This document shows positions 1-12,700 of a stretch of 64,000 nucleotides of DNA, piece after piece. The notes beneath the pieces were generated by a model. It searched no databases, was not told the DNA's origin, and was given only the letters and a program-made list of their open reading frames with translations. The number at the start of each line of letters is the position of its first letter. The first letter of the stretch is position 1. The position numbers and the translations under genes are program-made. Source of the DNA: Ramazzottius varieornatus (lineage: Eukaryota > Animalia > Tardigrada); the NCBI GenBank assembly GCA_001949185.1, contig BDGG01000002.1:8727990-8791989 (forward strand), read 5' to 3'.

Positions 1-219
1 TAGACTATGCTTTCAGAGTCTTAATCAATGAGGTCTGCTTCTCTGCACGATGCGCACTCTGACGTTGTGTTTCAGGTAGGTCCTTGTTTTCAGCAGAGAA
101 TCTGAGAATACATCACGCTAAGTGATCCTCTCTTCCCTTTTCGCATCTACAGTGGTTTATGATACTGACAATCCCATTGCGTTTACTACTGCTAAGTGTC
201 ACAGCAGAGAATCAAGATA

Positions 220-712
220 TATGGGTAGCTGCGGCACGTTCCCAGTACAATCAATTCTGCTTCCTAAGCGTTTTTTGACTTGAAGTTGTTGGGAATATCA
301 AGGGGCATCGTGCGGTAAGGTGCCGTACCTCGCCGTGGTTCAAAGTCTCTGAAAATGTTCGCCCTTGTGGGAAGACACTCTGGAAAGTTTCAGGGGTAAC
401 CACTAACTGAAACCCCTTCCAGGGGGTTGGATGTCAGAACGACTACCTACGCACTTTCATGCTGCATGACGTTATCCTAACTTCAAAACTTTCTGAGTGA
501 AAAATTAGAATCCCTTCAGACTTTTCCGATGTAGCCATCTGACCACTGGTCAGACGGCCAAATGGACTTCACCATCGTGTTCCGCGATGTCTGCTACGTA
601 AGATAGCGTTGGCACTTCAACTTTGCCCTTGGGGTCCTAAAACTTAAAACTGGTTTCCTGAACGATTTGGTCAGAGGTCGGTTGTACTGGGAATGGGCCG
701 CAGCTACCCATA
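220..712. mobile_element. MITE with ~30-bp terminal inverted repeats, TA-flanked
   Basis: tatgggtagctgcggcacgttcccagtacaa (220-250) is a near reverse complement of ttgtactgggaatgggccgcagctacccata (682-712); no coding capacity between them. Confidence 0.7.
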
Positions 713-1702
713 AAGTACATGCAGTGTTGAAAATGCATTCCATCCTGAGGTCATGTGATCCGCTTACGAATAGTTAATGTCCTGAAATCACGTGACCTCC
801 GGATGGAATGTATTTTTTACACTGTATATATAGTATATGATATTTGATTGCTTGTTGAGATGACATGCAGTTTTGATGCAGTAGAATTGCAAAACCTCAT
901 ACAACAGACCAGGCTTTTTTGCAGCGCCGAAGAGCGTGCTGGCTCGAACCCTAATGCCGCCAATCAGTATTGACAATACCGCAAAGCCCAATGCAATTGG
1001 GTAGGTCAATGCACGCGATGGAAGCGTTCAATGTAACGTAATGTTGAGTCCTTCACCGTGGACGAACAGCAGTATACGTGGCCACGTATACTGCTGAACC
1101 ATACTTATATACACCTATATACATCAGCGCATTCCATTTTGGACAAATCACTCAGACACGATTACATCCATTCGGTACAGCCAGGGACAACCTGTAAAAC
1201 CAGCCAGCGAACGATGCAAACTCGGCTCTGGCTACCACGTGACGATCTAGTGATAAATGAGAAGCTAATGTTCGATATATAGATGGCTTGTGTTTCTTCA
1301 ATGAAAAAAGGTTCGGTGCAGGCTTCGATCTGGCACTATGTGATCTGGGCGCATGGGTGAGCAGGACAATAGAGAGGTTGATACGGAACTCGAGCAGTGT
1401 AAGAAATCGGAGTAGCGTGAGAGCCTGGCACTGCCCACTCCTTACTGTACTCGGAAGAGGTCAAGACTCGCTACTTAGTGCACTCGACTACCGTAATTAT
1501 TCCTCGGAGTTTTCCCAAAACATCCATTTTTTGTTCCTACGTGATTTTAGAGGAATCTCTAAAATCATAGAATTTTGGATTGAGTACTAGTGTGGGATAA
1601 AATTAAAATTCAGCTCTAGTTAGCAAAGCAAAAACGAGATCGACGAGACGACCCCAAAAGCTACGGTTAAAAGGTAAGTCAACTCAAGTAACTTGCTAAC
1701 GC

Positions 1703-2046
1703 TACGAAGTAAACGACATAATTCGGGCATAGTGGTTTTCCACTCGTAATTTGGGCATATTTTTTCTCACCTCCTGCTGCGTGTAACGAACTGCTTTTTA
1801 TTTCGTGAGGTAGACTGATCCCTTTTTTCGAGATTTTAATAGGTTTGAGAACGACAAAGCGTTGTGAATCACGGGAATCCGGTCTGGGAGAAAGATGGAT
1901 CTGTTCAATGTTAAAAAGCCAAGTGGCGTATCAACAGGCGTACAATGAGAGATGAATCAAGCGTTGACGATCATTTTCAAACTTTTCGCGTTGCCCGAAT
2001 TACGGTGCAAAAATCGATATGCCCGAATTATGTTGTTCACCTCGTA
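1703..2046. mobile_element. Tc1/mariner-type MITE with ~55-bp imperfect TIRs and TA target site
   Basis: tacgaagtaaacgacataattcgggcata...cgtaatttgggca (from 1703) mirrors ttgcccgaattacg...atgcccgaattatgttgttcacctcgta (1991-2046); TA at both ends. Confidence 0.75.
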
Positions 2047-2077
2047 CAGCTAAAGGTACAGTTTACTTCTCACAATA

Positions 2078-2343
2078 CAGACATTAAGTTGCCATCGCTG
2101 GATGAAAGTCCCACTGTAGCTAAGATGAGTTGCAACGTCACTCATAAGCGCAGCAGCTGATCAGAACTTTGAATAGTTGGCCAGCCACTATGCTTCCCAA
2201 TGCTAGCCAACCGTAACTCGATTACGCTATTTTTCGAAAATAAGGGGAGCTACGGAAAGCAAAATGTAGTTAGACGTCACGAAAGGGGCGGAGCAAGGCC
2301 GTAGCTACAGTTGCAAAGTGAACGTGAGTGGCAACTTAATCTG
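2078..2343. mobile_element. Small non-autonomous element with CAG...CTG ends (hAT-like)
   Basis: attaagttgcca near 2083 and tggcaacttaat near 2329-2340 are inverted; an internal actgtagcta/tagctacagt pair also mirrors. Confidence 0.5.
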
Positions 2344-2470
2344 GTGATCTAGATAAAGTGGACGGATTCTGAACTCGAATAGAAGAATCCTTAATCAACC
2401 GATCTGATTGACGTTTGAATCAGCTGATCAGCAATTTTGTGGGCTTTCTTTTGATCATTTCCGTTTGAAA

Positions 2471-3013
2471 ATGCCTTCCCCGATTTCCGAAGACCTCAGA
2501 GTCCGTATTTGGCTCTGAGGAGACTCAATAACAATCGCAGCATGACAGTCAAGACTCTGATGAAGGAAGGTTAGAGCTTGGGAGAATCTACAGTGTCTAG
2601 GGTATAGAAGAGCGTTGGCAGCGAAGCCTGCAAAATATCGCCGGCGAAGACTCAGAAGAGAGAACCTCGGACACCGCTCATTAGGACCCCCACCAAAATC
2701 CGGAAAATTGCTGATCTTTGCTCGAGCGACAATCCTGTTCCCCAAAGATTGGTGGCAGCCAAGGTAGGAATCTCTTAGCATGCGGTAAACACCATCATCC
2801 ATAAAGATCTAGGTGCGAAGATGCTGAAAAGGACAAAAGTCCATTACCTGACTGAAAGAGCGAAGAAGCAAAGATAAGATCGTGCCCTGCACTTCCGTGA
2901 GCTGATTACCAAAAATCTCCGATATAATCTGACGCCACAATGAAGTTATGCTTCCACTGGACTTCAAGAACGGCAAGACAGATTTTGTTTACCTGTCGAA
3001 AAACAATGAAGAT
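2471..3013 (+). pseudogene. Degraded Tc1/mariner (maT/DD37D-like) transposase, N-terminal HTH region
   Basis: Manual translation through stops and frameshifts: MPSPISEDLRVRI...NPVPQRLVAAKVGIS*HAVNTIIHKDLGAKMLKRTKVHYLTERAKKQR*DRALHF...EVMLPLDFKNGKTDFVY. This fits the HTH2 plus 'DLG..Y/K..KVH.LT...K..R..RA' linker of this family. Confidence 0.7.
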
Positions 3014-3756
3014 GATCGGGTTTTACCCCCTCAGTAAGATTCCTCTCGCAATTAGAGTAGCAGTTTCGTTCATTATTCGAAAGCCGCAGTCAAACCCACA
3101 GTTACGGTGCGGATTTCCGTTTTTCTCCAGGTTAAAAAGCCACAACTACGCACGCAGTTACTGTTAAAGTTGGCAGATATTTCGTATTCGAATTCAGACG
3201 CTGAAAGGCGTTTTCAGAACTGCAGCTTATATTCTTGCGGCAACCTAAAACAGAAAAAAATAATTTGGACGGACTTGTGGAACGAAATACCCACAGAAAA
3301 GCATGTTTGAAAAGTTGCTCGGATTTCTTACGCACTTGAGTGACGGCCCATATGCCTTACTCGAAAATCAAGCATGGATTAGTGTGCTGAGTTCAGCTGG
3401 TTCAACTCCACCAACAACGGCCATTCTCATTGGCTTGGTCTTATTCTGCTCGGATTTGTTATTCTGCTCGGATTTGATCAACGGTGGAGTCTCAGACCCA
3501 CCGCACGTGGGCCTACTTGAGCCATGCGATTGCATCAGCGATCGCATTTTACTGCTTTTTGTTTTATGGAATTTTTGGCACATTCTTCTTGCACTTCGCT
3601 CTTTCGTATCATTATCCCTTTCCTGGATGGACGTCGGCAGAGAATTACATGCCTAATTTGCTGGGTTAACCCATGAAGCTTCCAAAGGATGGAAAACACA
3701 GAGTAAGAAGACTGGAGGATTTCTTTCGGCCAGTACTCACGTCAAAACATGACCCC

Positions 3757-4110
3757 CCTTGGGTGAAAATTTCGCCCTCCTGAGTGGGGGGATCGATAGA
3801 ACTCGACGAGATCTGTCGAATTGGATCAGCCGTTTTTGCAATGGGGACCTTCAGTCCAGGGGTAATAAAGCGTAAGAACAGAGCTGGAGGCGAGCAAATC
3901 AAACCCATAACCCCCCAAATCCCCAAGCCCCCAAAGCCCCCAACATCCATTCGACGCGTTAATTTTTCTTAATTAGAACACTTAATTAACATTGCGGTCA
4001 CCAGCCTTCACCAAGGGACGTCAGTGTTGCAAAAACGGCTGATGCAGTTCGATAGATCTCGTCGAGATCTATCGAATAGTCATATCAGGGGGGCGACATT
4101 CAACCCCAGG
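3757..4110. repeat. ~85-bp imperfect inverted repeat pair, probably two TE ends in opposite orientation
   Basis: 3757-3841 is a near reverse complement of 4027-4110; the right arm holds the palindrome ttcgatagatctcg-t-cgagatctatcgaa (4048-4076); TTAA-rich sequence lies between the arms. Confidence 0.7.
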
Positions 4111-6235
4111 TAGATTAGAACTATACCGTACTCACCATGTCCCATCTCGCACGGTGCGTCTTACCAACTTCGCGTAAACCTATCTCTTTTTCAGGTCTTA
4201 CCGGACACGTAAAGCCTGTAGCTGATCTCAGTCAATAACTCTTAATAGATGTCAATAACTCTTAATTAATAATAATAGATGTCAGCTGAATGGTAAGTCT
4301 GTGCACTATTTGCAGGTCCGTTTCAACAGACGGATATTAGCTGCAATTCTCTTCACGACTGAGATTTCCTTGTGGTTTGCAGACGGCCGAGATACTTCTC
4401 TCGCCGGCGTTCGACCTGTAATGGACGTACAAAGAAGGACCATCAATTCCACGCTTTTGTTGCTGTTTGGTCAACCCATCTGGTTTCTATCTGCTGTGTC
4501 TCTGTATCTGCTCAAACAACCCTTCTAGAACCTGCTGACTCCGGTATCTCTGTTTTGCCGCATTGATGCTTCGCATTTCTCCATTATATCCTTATTTTGA
4601 TTTAGGTTGTTTTACCTCAAAGAACTTTCTCTGCGGTTACTCATGCTGAACCCGTAAAGAATACAGTAGTCGAAACACTCTGGAAAGGAGTTAATTATAC
4701 GTCGCAGAACGTCCGATAAAGTAACTCAGTAGCACCATGAGAAGTAGCTCGGGACACGCTCAAGACTCGCTCCTTACAATATGTGCTTACACCCACATCT
4801 CACGCTACGAAGACGGTTACACTCCGCCGCTTGTCGGTGGTGTCATGAAAAGTAATCGAAGTATGCCCGAGGAAGCAACAAAGTGTACCTCAATCTTGAC
4901 GTTCCTCGGGTAGTCCTGAGGCTCTTCAGGACGATAGTTCACTCGTTGATTACACGATGGAAAGTGTATTTTTTTTAGTAGGCCGCAAGTTTCGTCAAAT
5001 TTGAATATTTCGCGTTCCCTGACAATGGCATGACAAACGAGCAGCTGCGAAGAAGTAACGCATAAACGTACCGATGTAAGACCAAAGTTACACCCGTATT
5101 AGTGGTTAGTGTGCGTCGAACAAAAATTTGCATTGCTAAACACTTTGTGACTTGGTTGTTTGCAGCCCACTCGCTCGAAATCCGTTCACAATCTACGATT
5201 TTGGATCGCAAGGTCCACTCGAACAACAGTTAACAATAGCGCTCGCCATGCACACTGCAGCCAAATACCTGCGAATTCGTATTAATCAAATACCTGACTA
5301 CTAGATTAAGTTAGTCAAAGCATGGTCTAATGCATGCGCAGAGCGAAACGATATTGGACCTGTTTCGCAAGTCATGTTTTCGGCTTGCACAGCATAAGTA
5401 TAGGTTTTATGCTGTGCAGTTATCCACGGCTTATGTTTTGCCTAATATCGCTGCATAGAATTGAACTTCTGTGCAAGCTGAGTTGATTGTACCATTGACC
5501 ACTTTGGTCGAACTTGAAATTTTGGTGGAGTAAAGCGTGATCAGACCAATCAGCGAACTGGACTTGGCGCGTCAAGTGATCCGAGCTACACGCCTCTCCC
5601 ACATTGCGCCACTTGACTTCCGCTCTCGTTCCTTCTCGAAATCCATCATGTTTCGACCGAAACTAGCATTGAAGTTAGGAAGAGATAATTGTCTTCCCGA
5701 AACTATCGCCAGAAAAAGCGAAAGAAGTCCGGGCTTCATCCAGTACTGTAGAGGGCTAAATGAAAGGCCCCGCGAATTCCGATGCCCTGCTGAACTCGCG
5801 CGGCCAAATATCCCTTTATGCTAATATTCTTGCGAAACAAGTCTATTGCCTGCATTAAAAGTGCGCATTGATACAAATTTCCCTAGTCAATCAATGATGT
5901 CCAAAATCAACGGTGGAACTGACGTTACAAAAGTCAGCCCTAGTCATCAAGAGCTAACTCACGATCAACATGAAAAGTCCGCCGTGGCCCGCGTTCTACG
6001 CTTGATTGTGGGATTGGACTTCTCGAGCGTATCAACGAGCCTGTACAGAGGCCTACACTGCAATGAATCGCTTCATTCTGGCATGTAATAGGCCTTTGGC
6101 CCGGCAGGCTGTGTAGTGAATGGGTTCTATACCTTACTTTTCGGGACAACACAATCGGATCGTTTCTCATCTCCATAATCCGTACACTCTGTACCATAAA
6201 ACCATGCTCAATTTAGAGAACGCACTCCATTGCAT

Positions 6236-6423
6236 CTGTCAAAATTCATTTCGCTAAAATCGGACTAGAAAATCTGAAGATATTCAAAATTAAAGTTTTC
6301 CGTCCATAAAAATTGTTGTAAAGTATGGTACAGAACCCAGATGGGAAAGTTCAGCAAAACAATTTTGCCGGACATCTCTTTTATTGCTATGGATAGACCG
6401 ATGTTCACACTAAATTTTGACAG
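6236..6423. mobile_element. Short MITE with CTGTCAAAATT termini
   Basis: ctgtcaaaatt (6236-6246) and aattttgacag (6413-6423); the same terminal motif occurs on the element at 25086-25236. Confidence 0.5.
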
Positions 6424-7728
6424 TGTAGGTAGTGGTGTTGGCATATATGAATATTACATTAAATTGGAACTTATTAGATGCGTTTTGCATCCAATATATT
6501 ATATTAACATTTAATAGGTTCCTCGACCGAGGCACGATATTTATTAGTATTAAACTAGATGGAAGCCAGACCTGAATATATTATATTAAAATCAATTCGC
6601 TGGGCGCTCCATATTAAAATTATTGACATGCGATTTCGACTTCGGTTGATTAAAATAAGGCTTGATTAGCGCCGAGCGAAAGCGTGCGACTTTGTACACT
6701 GCGCTGTTGGGTTGGATCATAACGCATCACGCACCTGCACATCAACGTATATTGATCAGCGTTCAGGACGATACATTAATTGTCAGCTTCGTTTGATTGG
6801 ATAGTGCAGTTTCATGAGTCCCGCGATCCGTTTGCATACTATTGGATGCTCCGAGGTCGCGGAATATTATATTAAGATTTTATTCGGACTCTGGCAGCTT
6901 TAAATCAAAATTATATTAGATCAGGATACCTTTATGCCAACATCACTACGTGTAGGTTCTGCTGCGAACCTGTCACGGGACCGGAGGGCGGTGGTCAAAA
7001 ATAGTCCATATTTCCTTGTCTGAAAGACGGACTTGTACTGGTTGATTGATTGAACCAGCAACTCACCTGTCACGTGATCGGAAAGTGTGAGATGCGTTCT
7101 ACCTGGTGTTTGGATCATTTAGATCCGACGACGGGTTCTGAACATACAAGCAAGCAAATGGAGACCGTGGGGTGGCGATGACTTATGAGCGCGACTGTAC
7201 TGTTGTGAAAATAATTAGATCAGGGACAGTAGTATGTCCGTAGTAGTACTGTAGTATGTCTTCCCCACCGAAAGTCACACTGGTCAAGTTTTCCACGCAG
7301 TCTGGCAGCACATTTGAACGAATCATGGCTCAGTCGAGTCAGCTTGAAAAGTTGTATGGAATGTGTAGAAGGATGAATGGTAAAGCAGAAATCTGATTTT
7401 TTTGGAACGAAATGCCAGGTGGTAGCAAGTTGGCGCGGACATGGTGAAGTATAAATTATAGACCAGTTTGAAAGGACGGCAAAATTAAATCTAACCATGG
7501 AAAAGTTTCTAACCATGGAGAGTGTATTTAATACTGTGAATCAGTCGCGTACGTACTTTCCTCCGTGCCGCCGTATCGAAAAGGCCTGGTCCATAATTTT
7601 TGCTTGCTTGATTTCTCCTCGTACTCAGTACATACTTAGCCTCAGTCTGAGACCGAAAACATATCAGCTTTTGTATTAGTTTCACTTTTCATCTCATAAA
7701 TGGACAAAAGTAGCGTTTCAATCAGTTG

Positions 7729-7905
7729 GACTGAAACTGAAATGGTAGAGACGAAATTGACAGCACAGGGACTGAAACTAAACATCTGTGGGACTGAAAC
7801 TAACGTGCGAAAACTCAAACCGATATACCAGAAACTGAAACCAAAAGTGGCTAACTAAAACTGGCGACCCAGGGATTGAAACACAACTACTAGTACTGAA
7901 ACCGA
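7729..7905 (+). repeat. Array of GACTGAAACT-like cores with variable ~10-bp spacers, period ~20.6 bp
   Basis: Cores start at 7729, 7750, 7770, 7792, 7812, 7833, 7853, 7874, 7894. Confidence 0.75.
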
Positions 7906-8182
7906 GATACCTTGAACGAAAGATGTTTGGACGGAAATCAAGTTTAAAAAACTAAAGGGACTAACACTGGTATATAGTTCTGTTTGGAAACTGGTACTGG
8001 AGCGCGAAACCATCGCAAATTTGCTTTGCTTTCGTTATTAATAGTCGTATCAAGCAGTGAGAAACGTCCGAGTAAACGGACGATTGGAGTTCGCGGGAAG
8101 TCCAAAAAATGGTTACGACTTTAGAATCGTGCTCCTCGGGGTACGATGAGAAACGTTTGGAATCTCCCTAGGATCCCGAAAC

Positions 8183-9488
8183 TTAACACTGCCAGTACCA
8201 GGGGGTGCAAACGATCTCAGTGCCGCAATTCTTGCCAGAGTACGGGCTTGATATCAAGCGTATCAGCTTAACACTTTCAGCACGATCGTTTTCATGTTTG
8301 CAGAATACCACCGTCCTCTTTGTGTATACACAAATTTTATTGGCTGCCACCGTTTTGCGGAGGCTGGTCCAACCAATAGGCAATTTTCGAAATTTCAAAA
8401 TTCGAATAATTGGCAGGCCATGAACGTCAAATCTCAAAAGGGAGAATTGGTCGTCTTGATTTTCTTCTGACTGCACTGATGACTACAAAATTTATCCCAG
8501 GCTCGGCTTCGATAGATAAGACTGTCCCCAGTGCTCCAGTTTTCTGAGCGAATACCGTCCATGTCTCTCGCGCGAAGAGACGAAACACCAAATTTCACCA
8601 GAATCACCCGAAACCGTAGAAATAGAAAACAGCGTGCTGGGGTTTTGCTGACCGCTGGTTACTAGTGTTGCTTTGGTGAGAAGACCGAGGTACATGCAAA
8701 CAAAAAGACCCAGACTCGAAAGACCAAAAGCTAAAACTGGGAGTTGAATAAAACTGAGTGATTGTATACACAAAGAGGATGGTTTGCCCGGGCAAAATCC
8801 TCATCCATCTGGTGAAGCATTGGGATCGCTGGCCAGACAAACTAGAAACCTTCAGCAATAAATAGTTCAAAGAGGGAAGATCTTGTCTCTTTCCCTTGGG
8901 GAATTTTCCTAATTTTTATCAAACTGTGAAACTCTCTCCAAATAATTGGTGGAGGAGAGAAATGCACTCTCTCTTGCATGTTGTGGATAGCGGAGTCTGC
9001 CGACCGCAGGAAAAAATTCAAACTGACCATTGGCACGGAACTGCTACGTAACAGTTTGTTACCTATCTACTGCATGAGCACTACATTTTGTAGTTTTTGC
9101 TGCGTCGAAAGACCGAGTTTTGCTTTCTAGAAACTCTTTCTTACAAGTTCTGTTTCTTCCGACACCATCCGTCGAAGAATGAATCGATAAAACCACCAGA
9201 ACCACTGCACAGAAAAGTTATGAAATCCGTCTGCGAACGAAGATCTTTCTAGGAAGCAATTTTCAAGGAAGACTTCCCTCGAGAATTCCAGATTTAGCGG
9301 TTCTGGAACGAGGCTAGCCGATCAGCTGACGCAAGGTACCTCCGCCTCGTTTTACGTTACTCGAATCGTGCATTCTGCTACTGGCCGAATTTTTCCCCAC
9401 CGCCTCTTTTCGGCCAGTTAAAGTCCCTGGGATCGTTTGAACCCCATGGCTCAATTCCGACACAAAACACCTGGTACTGCATTGTTAA
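8183..9488. mobile_element. piggyBac-like element (~1.3 kb, TTAA target site, asymmetric internal inverted repeats), degraded interior
   Basis: Left end ttaa-cactgccagtaccagg-gggtgcaaacgatctcag; right end ctgggatcgtttgaacccc-(spacer)-cctggtactgcattg-ttaa. Confidence 0.7.
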
Positions 9489-9634
9489 GACACGTTTCCT
9501 GAATGATCTGGTCAGACAACCTTCGTACGCATTCAGATACCCATATTTCTACCTTATCTTCGCCCATTTCACTCATCGAGAAAATTCCTATACGTTTACC
9601 ATAAAAGGCGGTGGGTGAACAAAATTTCTTAGAG

Positions 9635-9812
9635 GACTGTAACGACTGAATTTCGGGGACTAAGACTGATTTGGTACAAGATTCAGTTTCGGTCTACAGA
9701 CTGAAACTCAAATTCTAGAGACTAAGTTGGCCGTCGGAGGACCGAGACTAAATGTCGAGAAACTGATTGATTCCGTCCAGAGCGAAACTGATAGCTCGAG
9801 AGGCTGAAATAC
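9635..9812 (+). repeat. Second, more degenerate GACTGAAACT-core array, period ~20.6 bp
   Basis: Cores at about 9658, 9680, 9699, 9720, 9740, 9761, 9780, 9802. Confidence 0.6.
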
Positions 9813-10570
9813 ATTAATCTAAGCTTTCTGAACGCTTGATTGGATGACTGATTGAAGTTGCGAAGTGTTCATCACGTGATCCGGAAGTACACAATGCCTC
9901 CAACGCGGTCGTCAATGGATCGTGAAAATCGGACGACGGATTCAAAAGATACAAGCAAGCAAATGAACCCGATTCCGACGGGCATGATCACACAATTACC
10001 GCTGAGTTACAACAACTGTAGCGCTTCGTTGTGACGGCTGCACTTCGACCATAAAGCATGCTGTACAGAAGGTTTACAGCAGTCATACAGAAACTTTATC
10101 GGAATTGAAACCCGAAAACCTCCAGCAAAATCACAATTTTACACCAATTTCGCGAACCTACAGCCATTTCGTACTATGCTTTGAATTATTCATGCTTTGA
10201 ATTATTCAGAGACTGTCAGAAAAGTGGAGCCAATCAGCAAATCATGCACAGATGCAAAGGCCCGATACATCTGTGCATGATTGGCTACGGTTGTACAGAA
10301 GCTGTACAAGTGTTGTACAGTAGCACAGCGGTCAATCTGAGCGATACTTGCTTGATTGCTTGTAGTGGATTCCCAATCGGGGAAGGCCATAGGCTGACGA
10401 TTAAACATGACAGTGACTGTAGCTGCTGAAAAACAGGATATCCAGTCATTCCGATCCTTCTATCGCTTTATCGTCCCGTTCTGTCATAAAGCAGTCTGTC
10501 AGTGACAGCCGCTCTCGTTAAGCCTCCTGATTTTTTTCTAAAACTAGGCAAAGGTGTCTTCGCGTATATC

Positions 10571-12292
10571 ATGGAAGCTGCTACAGCAAGCCCGGCACCA
10601 GAAACACTTGTCAAGCCAAGTCCTCTGTTCTTCGTGGACAACACTGATAAACTGCTCAGAACTGTGATTCCAACGCAGGATTACGATCATCCCTTATTGA
10701 AAACTCCGGCTTTGATGACCTTCTTTGTTGTTTGCCTTGGTGCTCAGACCATCCTCGGAACCGCCGGAAATTTATTGGTACAGCACTGTCTCTTTGCATT
10801 TCTTTGTGACCATATACGAACAACATGCGACGCTGCTGTTAAAGTAGCTGTTTTTCTCGCGAGCTGTTTTCAAGGCAAATTCTGAGCTGGTCCTGATTCT
10901 GTCCGTTTCCAATGCATTTTTTTCTTTTAGTTGAAATCTGATGGTGCTCGGAGAATATCTGTTGGGTCCAAATCGATGAAAGTCCAAGACAGCATGCATG
11001 GAATAGTCCCCACCCCACTCTGGCTTTTGGTTTTTACAGAGATTATTAGTCTCATTTATCATTATAGGTGATAGGATCCTTTACAATCGAGAAGGATTTG
11101 CGTCACACCGGAAACGCTTTCCTCGTTAACCTGGCCATCTCTGACTTATGCATTACAGCGATAACAACCCCGTCAACAATCCTCGGTAAGACAACACCGG
11201 CCTCAAGTGCATCCTCTCTCAGCAGAGATGAAACCGAAACCTGCCCTCGAGCCGCCATACCACAATGGCCATGCACCGCGTTTGTAATTGATTGGTGCTC
11301 AGGCGACGCAACGGCTTCACTAATCAGCCAACTTTGCTATAGGTGCTTTGTATGGAGAAAACTATTTCTTGCAGCGCCATCTGCAATGCGCCGGTAAGCA
11401 GTATCATTGACGCTGCAGTAAGTCTTGGGCACAGAAATCTAAATGCTCCAACTTTTGGACTTGTTACGGGTGTTGTAGTGGTATCCACCCTCTGCGCCAC
11501 GGGATGTTTATCATCTTGCTGGAATATGGCTCTAATAGCTCTCAACAGGTGAGCCAAGAAAAAGTTCAGACCCAGCGTACGCTAACGACCTGCTGTTGAA
11601 GTAATGTACTGTCTAGGTGTATTCTTATTTGTCATCATCGATACTACGACAAGATCTATAGCAAAGTGAACACATTTTTCATGTGCTGCGCTGCCTGGGT
11701 CATCATCTACCTGGTCCAACTGCCCAACCACGTGGGATGGGGCGACCTACGGTTCTCCCGCCAGTTCTTCTTGTGCACCTTCGCCAACCACGTCCACACC
11801 TACGCCATCTTCTACGTGGTGGTAGGTGTGCTGACTCCGCTTGGGGTCTGCTTTGTCTGCTACTTGTGCATTTACCGTCGAGCGTCCGTTTCCAACCTGG
11901 TCCGCTCTCGAATTCTCCAGCGACAATTACAAGGCACCGCGACCAGTCCCATTCAAGCAATCACTGTTGAGGACAGCGACACTCTGTGCCCAGCTCCACC
12001 GCATTCCAACGAGAGTCAGTGCAAAAAGTTCTACGACGATCTGGTCATGATTCAAGTGCTCTTCCGCGTCTTGATCATCTACACTATCATGTGGTCCCCG
12101 CTAGTCATCCTGATCTTGCTACACTTGGAAGACCAGATAAGTCCCGTCTGGTACGTCCTGGTACTGCTGACGGCTCACGGGAATAGTGCCATCAACTACC
12201 TAGTGTATGCTCTATCCATTGAGCACTTTCGTCGAGCTTACATCAGACTGCTCTGTGCCGCCTGCATATGGAAAAAGCGACGTTCTCCGTAG
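10571..12292 (+). CDS. Rhodopsin-class GPCR, melatonin-receptor/Tre1-Moody-like; exons 10571-10777, 11068-11185, 11343-11393, 11479-11548, 11617-12292
   Basis: Spliced translation gives TM1 GTAGNLLVI, TM2 FLVNLAISDL, TM3 ALIALNRCILICH (compare melatonin receptor NRYCYICH), TM6 MWSPL, TM7 AHGNSAINYLVYA and helix 8 FRRAY. All introns are GT-AG and in phase. Confidence 0.9.
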
Positions 12293-12471
12293 CGGTGTTT
12301 ATCAGTAGGAATCTACCTTTAGCTTATCATAGTAGCACGACCCATTAAAACTGTGAAGTGGAAAGTCTACAGTATGCCCGTTTTGTCCCGTAATTTAAGC
12401 CAGCGGTTGAACTTTCAAGAAAATTTCGGTACCGATACCGCCGAGGGAACTTGGATCTGATCTTTTCTGAT

Positions 12472-12700
12472 CACTCCACTCGCTCGAAATGTGTAAAAAA
12501 TTTCCCGTTTTCCAACACGCAAAAAGCTTTCCGAGTTAAGGAGACTGCTCTCCATGTCCACTACAGCCGCATACCTGCGACTTGATTACTTGATTACCCC
12601 AGTTAATTCTGGTTTGTAGCTCGGAGTGCTATTGGTAACTGTTTAGCGGGCCTTGAATTGAAACCGACAAGATTTGTTCACATTTCGAGCGAGCGGACTA
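12472..12700. mobile_element. MITE with ~28-bp TIRs
   Basis: tccactcgctcgaaatgtgtaaaaaat mirrors atttgttcacatttcgagcgagcgga; a related end (ccactcgctcgaaat) occurs near 5167. Confidence 0.65.

Noticed and set aside
6450-6920. ATATTAA-rich, loosely inverted region
   Set aside because: Too degenerate to define termini or a period; probably an old repeat.
7729-9812. CRISPR array interpretation of the core-plus-spacer repeats
   Set aside because: Cores and spacers are only ~10 bp and degenerate, there are no cas genes, and the context is eukaryotic.
10240-10282. 15-bp-stem hairpin upstream of the GPCR as an ncRNA
   Set aside because: It is short and lies in a TGTACAG-rich repetitive tract, so it is more likely part of a TE relic.
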